The notes under the pieces were generated by a model. That model saw nothing but the letters and a program-made list of their open reading frames with translations. It had not been told where the DNA came from and made no database searches. Shown one piece after another: positions 35,195 through 47,435 of a stretch of DNA of 64,000 bases (position 1 is the stretch's first letter; the number at the start of each line of letters is the position of its first letter). The stretch is taken from assembly GCF_000143415.4 (NCBI RefSeq), contig NW_003314343.1:496813-560812 (forward strand), read 5' to 3'. Both the position numbers and the translations under genes were made by a program. This DNA comes from Selaginella moellendorffii. Its lineage: Eukaryota > Plantae > Lycopodiophyta.

Positions 35195-35632
35195 CGTGTC
35201 CGTTGACTTCTCACGTGGCAGATCCGTCGGCCCAGGCGGCAGATCTGGGCATTTTTGGCATCCGACGGCTATGGATAATTGATGTGCTGGAAAAGTGAAA
35301 ATGAAAAGGCGGATGACAGTTGTTTTTCCTTTTTTGTTTACCATTTTCCTCTTTTTCTTTTTTTCTTTTCTTTTTTATATATTTTGATCTTGGGAGAACA
35401 CCCCATTCTTTGGCGATTGGATCCAAAGCGCTTGCCCTAGATCTCCGAAAAGGCAGCATCGCATTGCTGGGGTTTTTCTTTGCGATCGATCGATCCCATC
35501 CATTTGGGGTGTTCCAAGAAGATAGGAGCCAAGGTTGCCAAGATTTTCTCTCGATATTTCGTGGCGAGCTCCTAGCAGCTCGATCCAATGCCTGTTCTGT
35601 GAGGGATCGGCCGATCGATCGCTCCATCGGCA

Positions 35633-36739
35633 ATGGCGGCGGCATCTTGCTTCGGCGATTACGGCGTGGAGGTGAGTAGCGATCATTCAGCGGCGGTATC
35701 GCTGGGCAGGAAGGCGGCGGCGATGAATCAAAACTCCGTGTCGTGCTTGTACCGGACCAAGCTCGCGGGCCAATGCCGGATCGTCACAGTCACCTGGTCC
35801 AAGAACGTCATCGGCCAGGGCTTGAATGTGGGTGTGGACGATGGAAAGTTTGGCTGCAAGGTGGAGCTCCGGCCATGGCTCTTCTGGAAGAAGCACGGAT
35901 CCAAGCGCTTCGAGCTGGGGAATCGCCAGGTCGAGGTGTTCTGGGACCTCTCCTCGGCCAAGTACTCGCCGGGAGGGGGCCCCGAGCCAGTGGCGAGCTT
36001 CCTGGTGGCCATTGTGTGTGAGGAAGAGATCGTTCTCCAGTTGGGCGATCAGCACCACCCGGGCAAGGGCCTGAGCAGCAGCAGGGAGGCCTGGAAGAGG
36101 CTGCGCGCTGCCAAGCCGGCTTCGATCAAGGCGAGCTTGCTCTCCAGGCGAGAGCACCTCTACGGAAAGAAGTTCTTCGCCACCAAGGCTAGCTTCTGCG
36201 AGGGTGGTGAGCTCCACGAAGTGATCATCGAGTGCCCGACGCTGGGAGCGGGCAGCCATAGAGGCTGCGGTCACGGAGATAGCGATCACGGCGATGGCGA
36301 TGGCGACGACTACCACCATAGCCGGAATGGGAACAGTACCAGCGCAAGTGGCAGCAGTGGATTGAGCTCCGGCTCGAGCAACAGCAGCGGTCACAGTAGC
36401 AGCAGCCGGAGTAGCAGTGCCAAGCCGAGCCTCAAGGAGCCGAGGCTTTGCATCAGGATCGACAGGAAGGTGGTGGTCCAGGTGAAGAGATTGGCGTGGA
36501 AGTTCCGGGGGAATCAGACCATCGTCATCGATGGTCAGCAGGTGGAAGTTTTCTGGGATGTTCACAACTGGTTGTTTAGTGGTGGTGGCAACGCTCCTGC
36601 GAATTCCGCGGTGTTTATGTTCCAGATGTGTTCTTCAAGTGGAGAGGAGATCAAGCAGCCATGGCTGAGCCAACAGCAGCAGCAGCGAGATTCTTCCACA
36701 GGTTTCTCATTGTTTTTATACGCTTGCAGGAACGATTGA
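35633..36739 (+). CDS. Plant DUF868 family protein
   Basis: QNSVSCLY, VTVTWSKN, PWLFWKKHGSK, FWDLSSAK, LAWKFRGNQTI, VFWDVHNWLF and GFSLFLYA. Confidence 0.92.
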   Translation: MAAASCFGDYGVEVSSDHSAAVSLGRKAAAMNQNSVSCLYRTKLAGQCRIVTVTWSKNVIGQGLNVGVDDGKFGCKVELRPWLFWKKHGSKRFELGNRQVEVFWDLSSAKYSPGGGPEPVASFLVAIVCEEEIVLQLGDQHHPGKGLSSSREAWKRLRAAKPASIKASLLSRREHLYGKKFFATKASFCEGGELHEVIIECPTLGAGSHRGCGHGDSDHGDGDGDDYHHSRNGNSTSASGSSGLSSGSSNSSGHSSSSRSSSAKPSLKEPRLCIRIDRKVVVQVKRLAWKFRGNQTIVIDGQQVEVFWDVHNWLFSGGGNAPANSAVFMFQMCSSSGEEIKQPWLSQQQQQRDSSTGFSLFLYACRND

Positions 36740-36895
36740 TTTGACACAGGGGAATCACTGGCGCTCACTCGATTCTCCAGCTCCTCATGTTCTTCTTTTT
36801 ATTCTTTTGGAGGAATTCATCCAAAGCAAATATATTAGAAATATAAGAACAATTCAATAGTAACACAAGAACAAGTGTGTGCCACCTTTCTGGGA

Positions 36896-39289
36896 TCATA
36901 TGCTTTTGTTTCTCACCATAAACAAAGCTTGCTCGTGTCTCTTTTGTAACTCCTTGATCTCCTCCTCTTGCTTTAACATGAGCAGCACCATTTCGTGCGC
37001 CATTTCTTCGCCATCTTCTTCTCCAGCCTTGTAGAGATCTGTCACCCCACCACAAGACGATGATTCCACCACCAGTGTTTGTTCTCTTTCCACTGCGATC
37101 CCTTCCCAGCTATACGCATGGTCCTGCGATGAATCACTCCTCCTCAGCTCCACCAGCTTGTTGAACGACGCTGGATCTTGCTCCGGGGGCTCTTCCACCG
37201 CCGACAAGCTCGGATTCAAGCTCGACGAGACGCTACCATCGCTAGCATCCGACTTTGGAGTTGCCGGGAAGCTCGTCTCTTCACCATCGTCCGAGGACTC
37301 GTTGGAGAAGAAAGCATTCGCCTCCGACGGGTCCGAGCCACCCGAGTAGACCTCTTCAAATCTTCCATACATCGTCCCTTCGCCGCGAGGAGGAGATGCC
37401 ACATCCACGCACGGGAGCTGTGGAGAAAGGTGCCGCTTGATGTTCCCACTCGCGAAGTGAGAACCATCCGAGGAGACGTTGTCCGTGGCGTCCCCAAGGT
37501 TCTTCATGTCATCGCCATCTATGTAGTTGTTTTCTCCATCGCCACCACTCTCGTCAAAGGCTGCTCCTGGCTTCCAGTCCGGGACCAAGTTGAGGATCTC
37601 TGCGTCAATCATCTCGGCGATGGTGGTAACATCTTGGTCTGAGAGATCCAACTCCGCCACCATCTCACTCGCTACGCTCAGCGCTGTGTCACCCTCGACG
37701 TCGAAAGGAAAATGGATGTTGCGTATGTGACCTGTGCACAGTGCTCGCAAGAAAAAACGTAAGATAAGTATGAAAGAGATAAGTTATATACCTTCCGGAT
37801 CTGCGATCCTCAGCCTCAAGAATATAGTGTCGTCTTCTCGTCGCCTCCCCTTGACTTTGAAATCTATGCTTTTTCTTTGCTGATCCGAATCGCCTTGATC
37901 GGATTCGTGATTTGTCACAGCAGAAGACCGCAGCTCCTCCATATCGTCAACTCGGGATTGCTTTCGAATCACTGGGATACATTCCAGACTCTCTCGCTCC
38001 CCGTCACATCGAAGGAATGGATCCATCAAGAGCTCCCGGGCAGGAAGTCTTCGGGAGACTGCTGCTAAACATTTCTCGATGAACTTCCGGACCTCCGGAT
38101 CTTTCACCTTCTCAAAGGCAGCTGGTTTCTTTCCCTGCTCACGATCAAAATCACACAGACATAGAAAGAATGAAAGATAAGTTCCAAAAAAGAGGAAAAA
38201 AGACTGAACTTACGGAAGTGACTCGCTTATAAATCTGTGCGGCATTCGTACACTCGCTATAGGGGTACTCAAATGTAACCATCTCCAAAACACACATCCC
38301 AAACGAGTATATGTCCACCAGCTCGTCGTATTCTTCCTCGTAAAGCTCCGGGGCCATAAACTCTGGAGTACCTGCAAAACGCCATTACCCTGGATGAGAG
38401 GAACCAGGGCAATCCAAGTTACCATCACCATGCCATGCACAACTCTTAGAAAGGACAAAAAGAAAGAAAAAGAGGAGAAACTCTAAAAGCACCTCTTAGA
38501 AAACGAAACACTTACCAATCACACTGTGAGCAGCGTGAGCTTGTCGAAGAATGGTGGCGAGGCCGAGGTCTCCGATCTTAACCTCGCCATAGTTTCCATT
38601 CACAAATATGTTGTCACACTTCAAGTCCCGGTGGATGATGGGTGGATCATGGCTATGGAGGTAGAGCAATCCACGGAGTATCTGCCTGGCCCAGTTTTTC
38701 ACGGCTTTCATGTCAACATTCTTGTGCTTTTTGCGGTACCTGATGATCATCGAACAGTCCAATGGAATTTCGAAGACTTACTTCAATCGAAAGACTTACT
38801 GTCGCAATGTACCGGATGTGAAGATCTCTGTGATGAAGTTGACATTTCTCCGTTTGGAATCCACCCAGGATGTGTAGAACTTGATGATGTTCTTGTGCTT
38901 GAGCGTCTTTAGGAGATGAACTTCCGAGTACAAACGCTCAAGATCGTCGGGACTTCGCAGGAGATCTTGGACATTGACTTGGTTCCAGGCAACCTCGAGG
39001 CCATCCACTTCATCGAACGCCCGGTATCTAAGATCATCTCAAAAGTCAAGGATCAAACCAAACACACATACTGGAACGAATCGATCAAAAGAAAGGATAC
39101 ACAGCTTTGAATGCTCCTTTGCCGAGAACTTCGCTGTACTGCAAGATGGACGGACAAACACACTGCTTAGCAAGCTTGGAAGAAGAAAAATGGGCAGCAA
39201 GAACTTACCCGACCATAGCGACCAGTGGGATCGATCTCCACAAACTCACTTCCGGTATCACTCTCAGCTCCTGGTTTGCTAGCAGGCAT
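36896..39289 (-). CDS. WNK: WNK (with-no-lysine) kinase, multi-exon; 3' end approximate
   Basis: [50 protein letters not shown] and [18 protein letters not shown]. Confidence 0.93.
39028..39100 (-). other. U12-type GT-AG intron in WNK
   Basis: 5' site GTATCCTTT and branch site TCCTTGAC near the AG. Splicing gives KAV|YRAFDE. Confidence 0.9.
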
Positions 39290-40090
39290 TTTAAGCTACT
39301 CAATTCGTAGCCCCTTCTTGCCGGAAAGAAGCATCCATTCCGCTAGTTTCATGGATCATCACCCAAACCCCCCAAAAAAGGGGATAGAGAAAAAAAAATG
39401 TTGTCTCTTCTCTGCGATTCCTGAGCTCTCGTGGAGAGGAAAATCTTAAAATACCAATTGGAAGACACTCAAGCGAGAAAGAATTCAAGGCTCGTGAGCT
39501 CTCATTCCAGATTCACAGAATTGGAGAGCACCGCCAAAGAAGAAGAAGAAGAAGAAGAAGAAAAAGAGAGTCGATCGTATGAACTCCGTGAGCTCGCTCA
39601 AACCCTTGGCCGCCAACCCGACACAACCAAACTACGCCATCTGGAAGTATTTCCGCCACGTAAGCTCCAACGAATATGCTCCATCTCGCCGACGTGGCAT
39701 AGCGGGGTGCGTCCGATGCTGTGGCGGGGCCACCACTTGCGCATGATGAAACCGTCACTTGTGCTCGTAGGTCAACTCTTTCGTGGGCATATTCTATTAT
39801 CCCTCTCCCTTGTCTCGCGAATCTTTTATTCCCTGTGCTCAGCACGAGAGAAGAAAAAAAAAGAGAAGTGTCGTTTGGAGCGACGTAGAATGCAGCCTTG
39901 GAATTTGCTATACTTCATGAGATGCCGCGGCCATCCTTTTAGCTATCTAATCCCAGCAAGTGGCACCAAAGTCCAACGTTTTGGATAAGGATCATCGCTT
40001 TCCAAAACAAAGGTTGCTTCTCTGCGCCAAACGAAGAATTCCTTGAAAAGGTCCAAAAAGAAAATCTCGAAGAGAGTTTACCTCTTCGTC

Positions 40091-41604
40091 TCACAGCGGC
40101 CTGAGTAGTGGATAATCTCTTAGCAGCTCATTCTCGGTGAGAGCATCATTCTCGTCTTGTGGCGTCCACAACACCTCCACTGCCTGCAAACAAACCATTG
40201 GCCACCACCACTAACAGCTAAAACACTCAAGACGACCAAAACGACTTACGAGCAACTGCTGCACGGGAATGGATCCAAGCTTGCTGAGAGCAGCCTTGAG
40301 GTCCGCATTGCTGTTTACTGTGGGTAGCTTGTGTGATCCCTGCACAGCTACCAGGACGGTCACCTACAAAGGAGTTATAAATGTTTAGAGGAAGTGGGAT
40401 TCGATTTTATACGATCCATGCCTACCACAATGTATTCGTTGTTGAATGTCTTGCCCGAAAACGATCTCGGACTAGTTCGCTTCCTAATGCTGTCCACGCT
40501 CACGAGCGTTTCCTCGACGAACTTGCCTCTCTCCTCCAGAGACAGCTCATTGAACCTTGCCTCGCCAGCTTCCACCGACCTCTTTACTTCAGACTGAGAG
40601 AAGCCAAAAAGAGAGGAGATTATATCGCAAATTAGATCAAAGAAATAGCAGACTCACTGATGATGTCCCCGAAATGCAAAAGTCCGGATGCCGCATAAGT
40701 GAGAGTACAGTTTCTGATACACCAAAAAATAAAATCAATATTGCATTTCGCAAGAAGAGAAATAAAAATTCGTACCTGTAAGAATATAATGTAGTCCGGA
40801 TGGATTCGAGGTATCTGCACGATTGGCCAGTTGTTCTAGCTCCCGTTGCAACGAGCGAGCCATTCCAAGCAGGCCTACCTGCAAACAAAATGTTGGTTGA
40901 AAACCAAAAAAAACGGCAGTGAATTACATCACCTGGAGTTTCATAACACTCGTTTTCGTTGTGCCTATTTCTTGATCGCGATCTACTAAAAAGCCGCTGA
41001 CGAGTTGAAACGCCACGAATCCAAGCAGCAACATAAGCACGATGCCACCGCCTCCGAACCCAACACTGTATCCCGGCGTCAAATACAATCCACCTCCAAT
41101 CAAAGGTGATGGAGCCACGAAGCTGTACGCGTTGAAGCTGGAGCTGGAGCCCCCGGACCGAGGTAGAGAGTACGTCTGACTTGATCTACCACCACCGCCA
41201 GATGAAAACGATCTTCCTCCCATTCTTCCACCGCTTGCCGAGAGAGCATCCTCTGGAGAACCCAGTAGTAGCCCAATGAGGAGCAGAGCTATCGCTGGCT
41301 TCTGCAGAACCTTCAGAGTATCGCTGATGATCTTCTGGATGTTGCTCGAAACACTGCTGAAAAACCTCTTGGCTCCGCTACCATTCTCGTCGAGCACTAG
41401 CAAAGAATTTTCCTTCGTAGTAGCCGCCTGCTTAGTCCTGTTTCCAGGTGCTCCTGCTAGAGCAATGGTATGACGGCCGAGACCAAAGACCCCTCCTGGC
41501 CTTGCAACCCGTGGCTGGCTGTATATCTTGAACTGGCGATTGTGGCAGCCGCTACATCTGGTACCGATTTGGCTTGCAAAGACTCCTCCTGCTCTCACAG
41601 ACAT
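40091..41604 (-). CDS. FLAP1: FLAP1-like DUF1517 chloroplast protein
   Basis: Transit-like N-terminus, SGGRMGGRSFS, SVMKLQVGLLG, LMRHPDFCIS, RFNELSLEERGKF and AVEVLWTPQ..LLRDYPLLRPL. Confidence 0.88.
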
Positions 41605-41792
41605 TGTTGCTCCTGTCCCAGGGCACCGCCTATTCCCCGAAATAATCAGACCCGCTTAGCAGCGCTGATTCTTCTCGTACCCAGACTCAAATATCCAATG
41701 CACGTGGACCATAGCAAAGTGACCGAGTGAGATATGTTCTCATACGTTTCCAGTACCACATAATTAGCATATTCCAAACGCATCCGTCTTCT

Positions 41793-42770
41793 TCATAAGC
41801 CGCTTCTAAATAACTGTGATAGAGCTTGCAGTGGAGAGATATTCCAGCTCTCAACATGCGAGGTTATCTACAAGAAAAAATGAAAGTCATAATTGTGAGA
41901 TCCAGAGTGATAGTTACCCTGCACGAGGAGTCAAGCTTGTATTTGGTGGAACCATCCAGCGTGACCAGTGGCCGCCATGGAAGCTTCAAGTATGTTCTAC
42001 ACGCAAACCACTGTCAACACGCTGGGATTTACTGCTTCGTAAGAGACCGACAGACGAACCTTAGCTTCCAAAACGCGACTATAGCTTTTTTATCACTTTC
42101 GCAAACCTGAAGTTAATCCAAGTTAGCCATTACCCGACCAGAAACGAAAGAAAAAGAAACACTAAGTGAATCAAGCAGTACCTCTGGGTCTGGTTTGATA
42201 TCCAGCAGAACCAACGATGGACTTTCATAAAATGGAGATAATAGCATTAAGTTGCGTCTATACAAATCTCTTCCTGGAAAGAGATTCATTCTCGTCAACC
42301 AGCCAGATGATCATCAGTGACTTACCTTGGAATTGTATAGTTGGATCGGCAAAGAAGCAATCTTCTTTGTATATACTACGCGTGAAGTCTCCTAAGAAGA
42401 AGAAAAAAAAAACTGATTCATCCACACATCATGACTCAAAAAACCTGTGAGAAAGTAGGATCGATCGTAGTCGGATTTTAGACGCGCCAAAACCTCTTCC
42501 AACTGGAAACCCGATTCATCGTCCACGGCAGAATCGCTCACTGCATCAAAATCCCTGCAACAAAGAGTCAATTCACTAGCTGCATTACGATCTAGCTCAC
42601 CGGCGCTCCAAGAATCGAAGAAGCGCTGTTGCCGCCGACACCGCCACTCCAAGCGCGCCACTCTTCCTCCTCCTCGCGCACGAAACCCTAACCCCAAGGC
42701 CTCGTGAAGGAGTAAAATTTTCTCGCGGTGGAGACGAGCACACACAACGAAATTTCATCGCCGTTAGCAT
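41793..42770 (-). CDS. DUF2358 / SnoaL-like plastid-type protein
   Basis: LKSDYDRSYFLTG, YKEDCFFADPT..F.G.DLY.RNL, YLKLPWRP and HVESWNIS. Confidence 0.85.
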
Positions 42771-42851
42771 TGTGATTTTGGCCAGAATCGAACCTCAGAC
42801 CTGGCCTGATGATAAGGTTTTCTCGCAAAATATTTACTCACTGTTAGGCCA

Positions 42852-44423
42852 ATGGCCGCGGCGATGGCGGGTCTCTCGGTGGAATGGAGCGCCTTGCTCG
42901 GCGCGCCCGCGTCGCCATCTCCAAATTGTCGCCCGCGCCCGCGTGGATCGGCTTGCCGAGCTTCCGGATCGCAAATGGCGGTGTCCGTGGAGAAGAAATT
43001 CGTCACGCGCAAGTCCGAGGAGATTTTCAAGGAGGCCAAGGTAGGCTATTCCCACATTCTAATTGTTCTAGCGATATTTGCCTTGCCGAGGAGCTGGAGC
43101 TTTATCGAGCTACATTTTCCAGGACTTGATGCCAGGAGGAGTAAATTCGCCGGTTAGAGCTTTCAAGTCTGTGGGTGGGCAGCCGATTATCTTTGATCGC
43201 GTCAAAGGATCGCGAGCTTGGGACGTGGATGGAAATGAGTACGTTGATTATGTTGGCAGCTGGGGTCCTGCGATTATAGGCCATGCCGACGACGAGGTAC
43301 TCTACTTTTTCTACTTTTTTGTATGATCGATCGATGAGGAAAACTTCGCTGCCAGGTACTTAAAGCTCTAGCCGAGGCTGCGAAGAATGGTACGAGCTTT
43401 GGTGCTCCCTGTGCCGCGGAGAACGAGCTCGCAAAGCTCGTAATCGACGCAGTCCCAAGCGTGGAAATGGTCCGGTTTGTCAACTCGGGCACAGAGGCGT
43501 GCATGGGGATGCTGCGGCTTGCAAGAGCCTTCACGGGGCGAGAGAAAGTTATCAAGTTTGAAGGCTGCTACCATGGTCACGCTGATTCGTTCCTCGTCAA
43601 AGCTGGGAGCGGTGTTGCAACGCTTGGACTCCCGGATTCGCCCGGAGTGCCTAAAGGAGCCACTTCCTCGACGCTTACTGCGGGTTACAACGATTTGGAT
43701 GCTGTGAAGCAGCTCTTCCAAGACTACAAAGGCGAGGTTGCTGCCGTAGTTCTGGAGCCAGTCGTGGGAAATGCCGGGTTCATAGCTCCCAGTAAGGAGT
43801 TTTTGGAAGGATTGAGGGAGGTGACGAAGAACGAGGGCGCTCTTCTAGTTTTCGACGAAGTCATGACCGGATTCAGGATAGCTTACGGAGGTGCACAGGA
43901 ATACTTTGGCATCACTCCAGACTTGACAACGCTGGGTAAAGTGATTGGTGGGGGACTGCCCGTCGGTGCCTACGGTGGAAAGAGGGACATCATGGAGATG
44001 GTAGCACCGGCTGGTCCCATGTACCAAGCAGGTACTCTGAGTGGAAATCCTTTAGCAATGACTGCTGGAATTCACACGCTCAAGCGGCTCCAGAACTCCG
44101 GGACGTATGAGTATCTGGACAAAGTATCGGGAAAGCTAGTTCAAGGCCTCCTGGAAGCTGGGAAGAATGCGGGGCATGATATGTGCGGTGGATACATCCG
44201 GGGGATGTTTGGTTTCTTCTTCACTAAAGGCCCAGTGCACAACTTCGAGGACGCAAAGAAGAGCGACACGGCAAAGTTTGCGAGGTTTCACAGAGGCATG
44301 CTCGAGCGAGGCGTCTATTTGGCTCCGTCCCAGTTTGAAGCGGGTTTTACGAGCTTGGCTCACACGGAAGAGGACATTGACTTCACTCTAGCCATGGCCA
44401 AGGAAGTACTTTCCAGCATTTGA
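42852..44423 (+). CDS. GSA: Glutamate-1-semialdehyde 2,1-aminomutase, chloroplast
   Basis: [46 protein letters not shown] and YLAPSQFE. Two introns. Confidence 0.98.
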
Positions 44424-44500
44424 AGGTATACACTGGCTATCAGCTTTTTTTTCTTCGAAGGAAATTCACAGCTTATTTTGAGACTTATATTACAGAGTTT

Positions 44501-46831
44501 TTACGATCCCAAGCAGAGCTGATATACTTGGCCGTTCTTCTCGACGCTCAAGCGCCTGAGCCCCTCAAAGTTTCGTCTACTTCCCAAGAACTCGTATCTC
44601 TTGGTTGGGACGTAGCCAGCTTCGACCGTCTCTGGAGCCGAGTAAACAGCTCGAAGCCTCTCGGCGTGCTTGGAATCCGTGTACACGGCAACCTCGATCT
44701 CGCTACTCGACAATGGCTCCTGTGTAAGTCGAGCTTAGTTTCCTTTCAAGTTTCCAGTCCACAGAACTTCGCAGTGAGTTACCTGGTAGAAGCCATAGAC
44801 GTTCTCCAGGATTTGCTGCCTCGTGAATCCTTTCTCGGAGAAGAACGGCTTTGACGATGGCCCCATCTCCGAGAATCTATCCAGCGGGAATAAGATCGTC
44901 AAAAACGCTCCCTTGTAAACGACGTCTTGCTTCTCACTGTCCCAAGTAGATCCAGTTTGTCAGCGAGATGAAATGGAAGAAGCAAAGAAAACAAAAAGAA
45001 TTTTTTGTGAAGAAAGCTTACCTATCGTTCAGCGGTCTCACATAGACTTCACCACTACTCGAGTCTTTCCCACTTTCCTGGGCGTCAAAGTAGTCCGAGG
45101 CTTGATCATAGTGCCCGGTTCCATCCGAGCTGTCGAGATAGAGCTGGGCCGTCGACGGTGGCTCCGATACCGACCAGCAAATCGATTCCATCATGCTCTG
45201 CGGCGTGATGGGACGAGGCAGTGCTCGGCAAGGCTGCGAAAGTTGGCAAAGAGAAAAAAGAGAGAGAGAGATTTTTTACTCGAAGAACGCAAAGTTTTTC
45301 TTGGATAGAGAGAAAAGAGCTACGAACCTGCATGCTCGGTCCTCTACGCCTTCGAATACTTTCCCTGGCTGCTCGAACTCTGGCCTCCGATGTATCGAGC
45401 TTGAGCTGACGAGTTTGCGAATCTTCTCGAGCACAAAGCGCGAGCATTTTCCTGCTGCTGCCATGCTGCTGCTGCTGCTGCTGCGCTGCTGCTGGCTCGG
45501 ATTTCTACAGAAAAATAGAAACCAACTGAGATAGATCACGAAAACTATGGACTTTCGATCAGTCACCTTGTCTAAAAGGTGTGGAAAATGCCTGAGCAAA
45601 TCAAGCGAGATATGTACGAGGTGGTACCACGCGTGCTCTTTCACTGTTCGTAGAACCCACATTGGCTGGAAAGAAAAGCTCAAACGAGGAAATGGTGGCG
45701 AGAAAAAGGAAGGATTTTGCGTACTTACCGATACCAAATGGATCTTGTATCCAACGTACTTGACAAGGGCATTGTCCTCGCAGACAATGTGTGTCGCGTT
45801 GCATCCGATATACCAATCGCTTATGCAAGTAGCTCCTTCTTTCACTGCTGCCTCTACAACCTTTTTAAGTCGCAAGGAACGAAAAGAGCTCTTGAGAGAT
45901 TTTACTTTAAAGGAAAGAGCTAAAGAGTTCTAGAAAACTTGCCTTGATTTGCAACTCGGTGGAGATATCATTGTCAATGTAGAAGCAAATGCCGGAAAAC
46001 ATCGGCTTCCTGGGAGCCTTGGGGAGTTCGGTGGAGTTTTTGTTGTTGCTGGCCATTGGAACGACTTGCAAGCTCGCGAGAGGCTTGTTTGTGAGAGGCG
46101 GGAGAGGAGCACTGAACGATGGTTTCTGCGGCATGCAAGCGGCTGGATCATCGCGTGGTAGCGAGTTCTCGGCGGATTCAACATCTCCTGTAGTAGCATC
46201 GTACTTGGATTCGTCCAGTCGCTCTGGAAAGAAAGATGAGTTGGCTTGCCACCAAAAGAAACGAAGAACTCTACCATTGAGCCTTGCGGAATTGACGAAC
46301 CAAGCGAGTGTCACTACAAACAAGCCTTTCTTAAACCTGTTCTTGAGAGCGTGCTCGTATTTGCGGCCAGCACTTCTGTGGAAAGAATCGACAATCAAGG
46401 AAAAACAAATATCATAAATAGTAGTCACTAAAGTTTTTGGATATCTGGACGACGAGATGAGTGCATCCAGAGTGAAGATCTGGACTGTAACTTCCTCCCA
46501 ATCTCTCGGTTGTGATCTGGACTTGCTTTCGAGCTTCTGCTCCAAATCAACCACAGCAATTCCAATCAACCACCATAGCCAAGGCCAAAAGCACAGAGCC
46601 AAAGAAAGAAAAGATTCGAAAGAACGTACCTTTGGAGAGACCCGTGACACAGATTGTGAGACCCGAGAATGGTCCTTTTGGAAGGAAGCATTCGTCTGCT
46701 CGTGGAGTCCCAATTCCAATCCCACCACCGGCGCTAGCTTCTCTGGAACAAGGCGGAGGAGCCTTAACCTCCGATGCCCAAGAACAGCCGCTCTTGAGCA
46801 CCAGCTCTTGCATCCTGTGCTGGTAACTCAT
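44501..46831 (-). CDS. BRCT-domain protein (plant DNA-repair-associated type)
   Basis: PFSGLTICVTGLSK, LGGSYSPDLH..CTHLVV, RKYEHALK, VTLAWFVNS..RLDES.Y, then a second BRCT: FSGICFYID..ATHIVCE..PMWVLRT. Confidence 0.85.
46378..46444 (-). other. U12-type AT-AC intron in the BRCT gene
   Basis: Begins ATATCC, has branch site TTCCTTGAT and ends CCAC. Removal joins THLVVQ|RSAGRKYEH in frame, and no usable GT donor is present. Confidence 0.85.
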
Positions 46832-47435
46832 CCCCAAATCACACCAGCGAGAGGGAGAGGAAGAATTCCCAGCTTTTCTCCCTTTTCACATCGGGAGCTC
46901 CTGATCAGCCCCGTGCATTGATTGACGCCCGGAATCTGCCACTGCTTGACGAAGAAAGGCGGAAGCACCTCCATTTATCTAGTTGGTTTTCATATGATCT
47001 AAAAGCGAGAGAAAAGAAGAGCAAAACGAAGAAGAAATCCACCACACGAAAAGGGTTGATTCAAGAGCTTTGTTACAAATGATCATGGGTCAGAGAAAAG
47101 AAATGTCCTAGCACAACAAGACATGGGATCAAATAGGCCAATACCAACAAAAAGAAAAAAACTGGGCTTCTGCTTCAATTCATTCATTCATTCATTCATT
47201 TGTTGGGACACACCTTTCCCTGGCGCGTTTGTCACGGGTCAATTTGTCCCATAGTAAATCTTTGGTCAGGCATAGTCAACGATAGTCAACAGGGAACCTC
47301 AGTCAATAGTAAATATTCACAGTGAACATGAATTTCCATGAGAGAATGCCAAGAGATATTAGGCAGCTTTTGTTGGTCCAAATTAGAAGCTAATATAGTT
47401 GCCAGCTTTAAGATTTAGGTTTTGTCTATTCGTCG

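Noticed and set aside
39431-39988. 185-aa ORF with a poly-Glu run
   Set aside because: Arises from a (GAA)n microsatellite in the WNK upstream region, starts at a non-ATG codon and has no domain.
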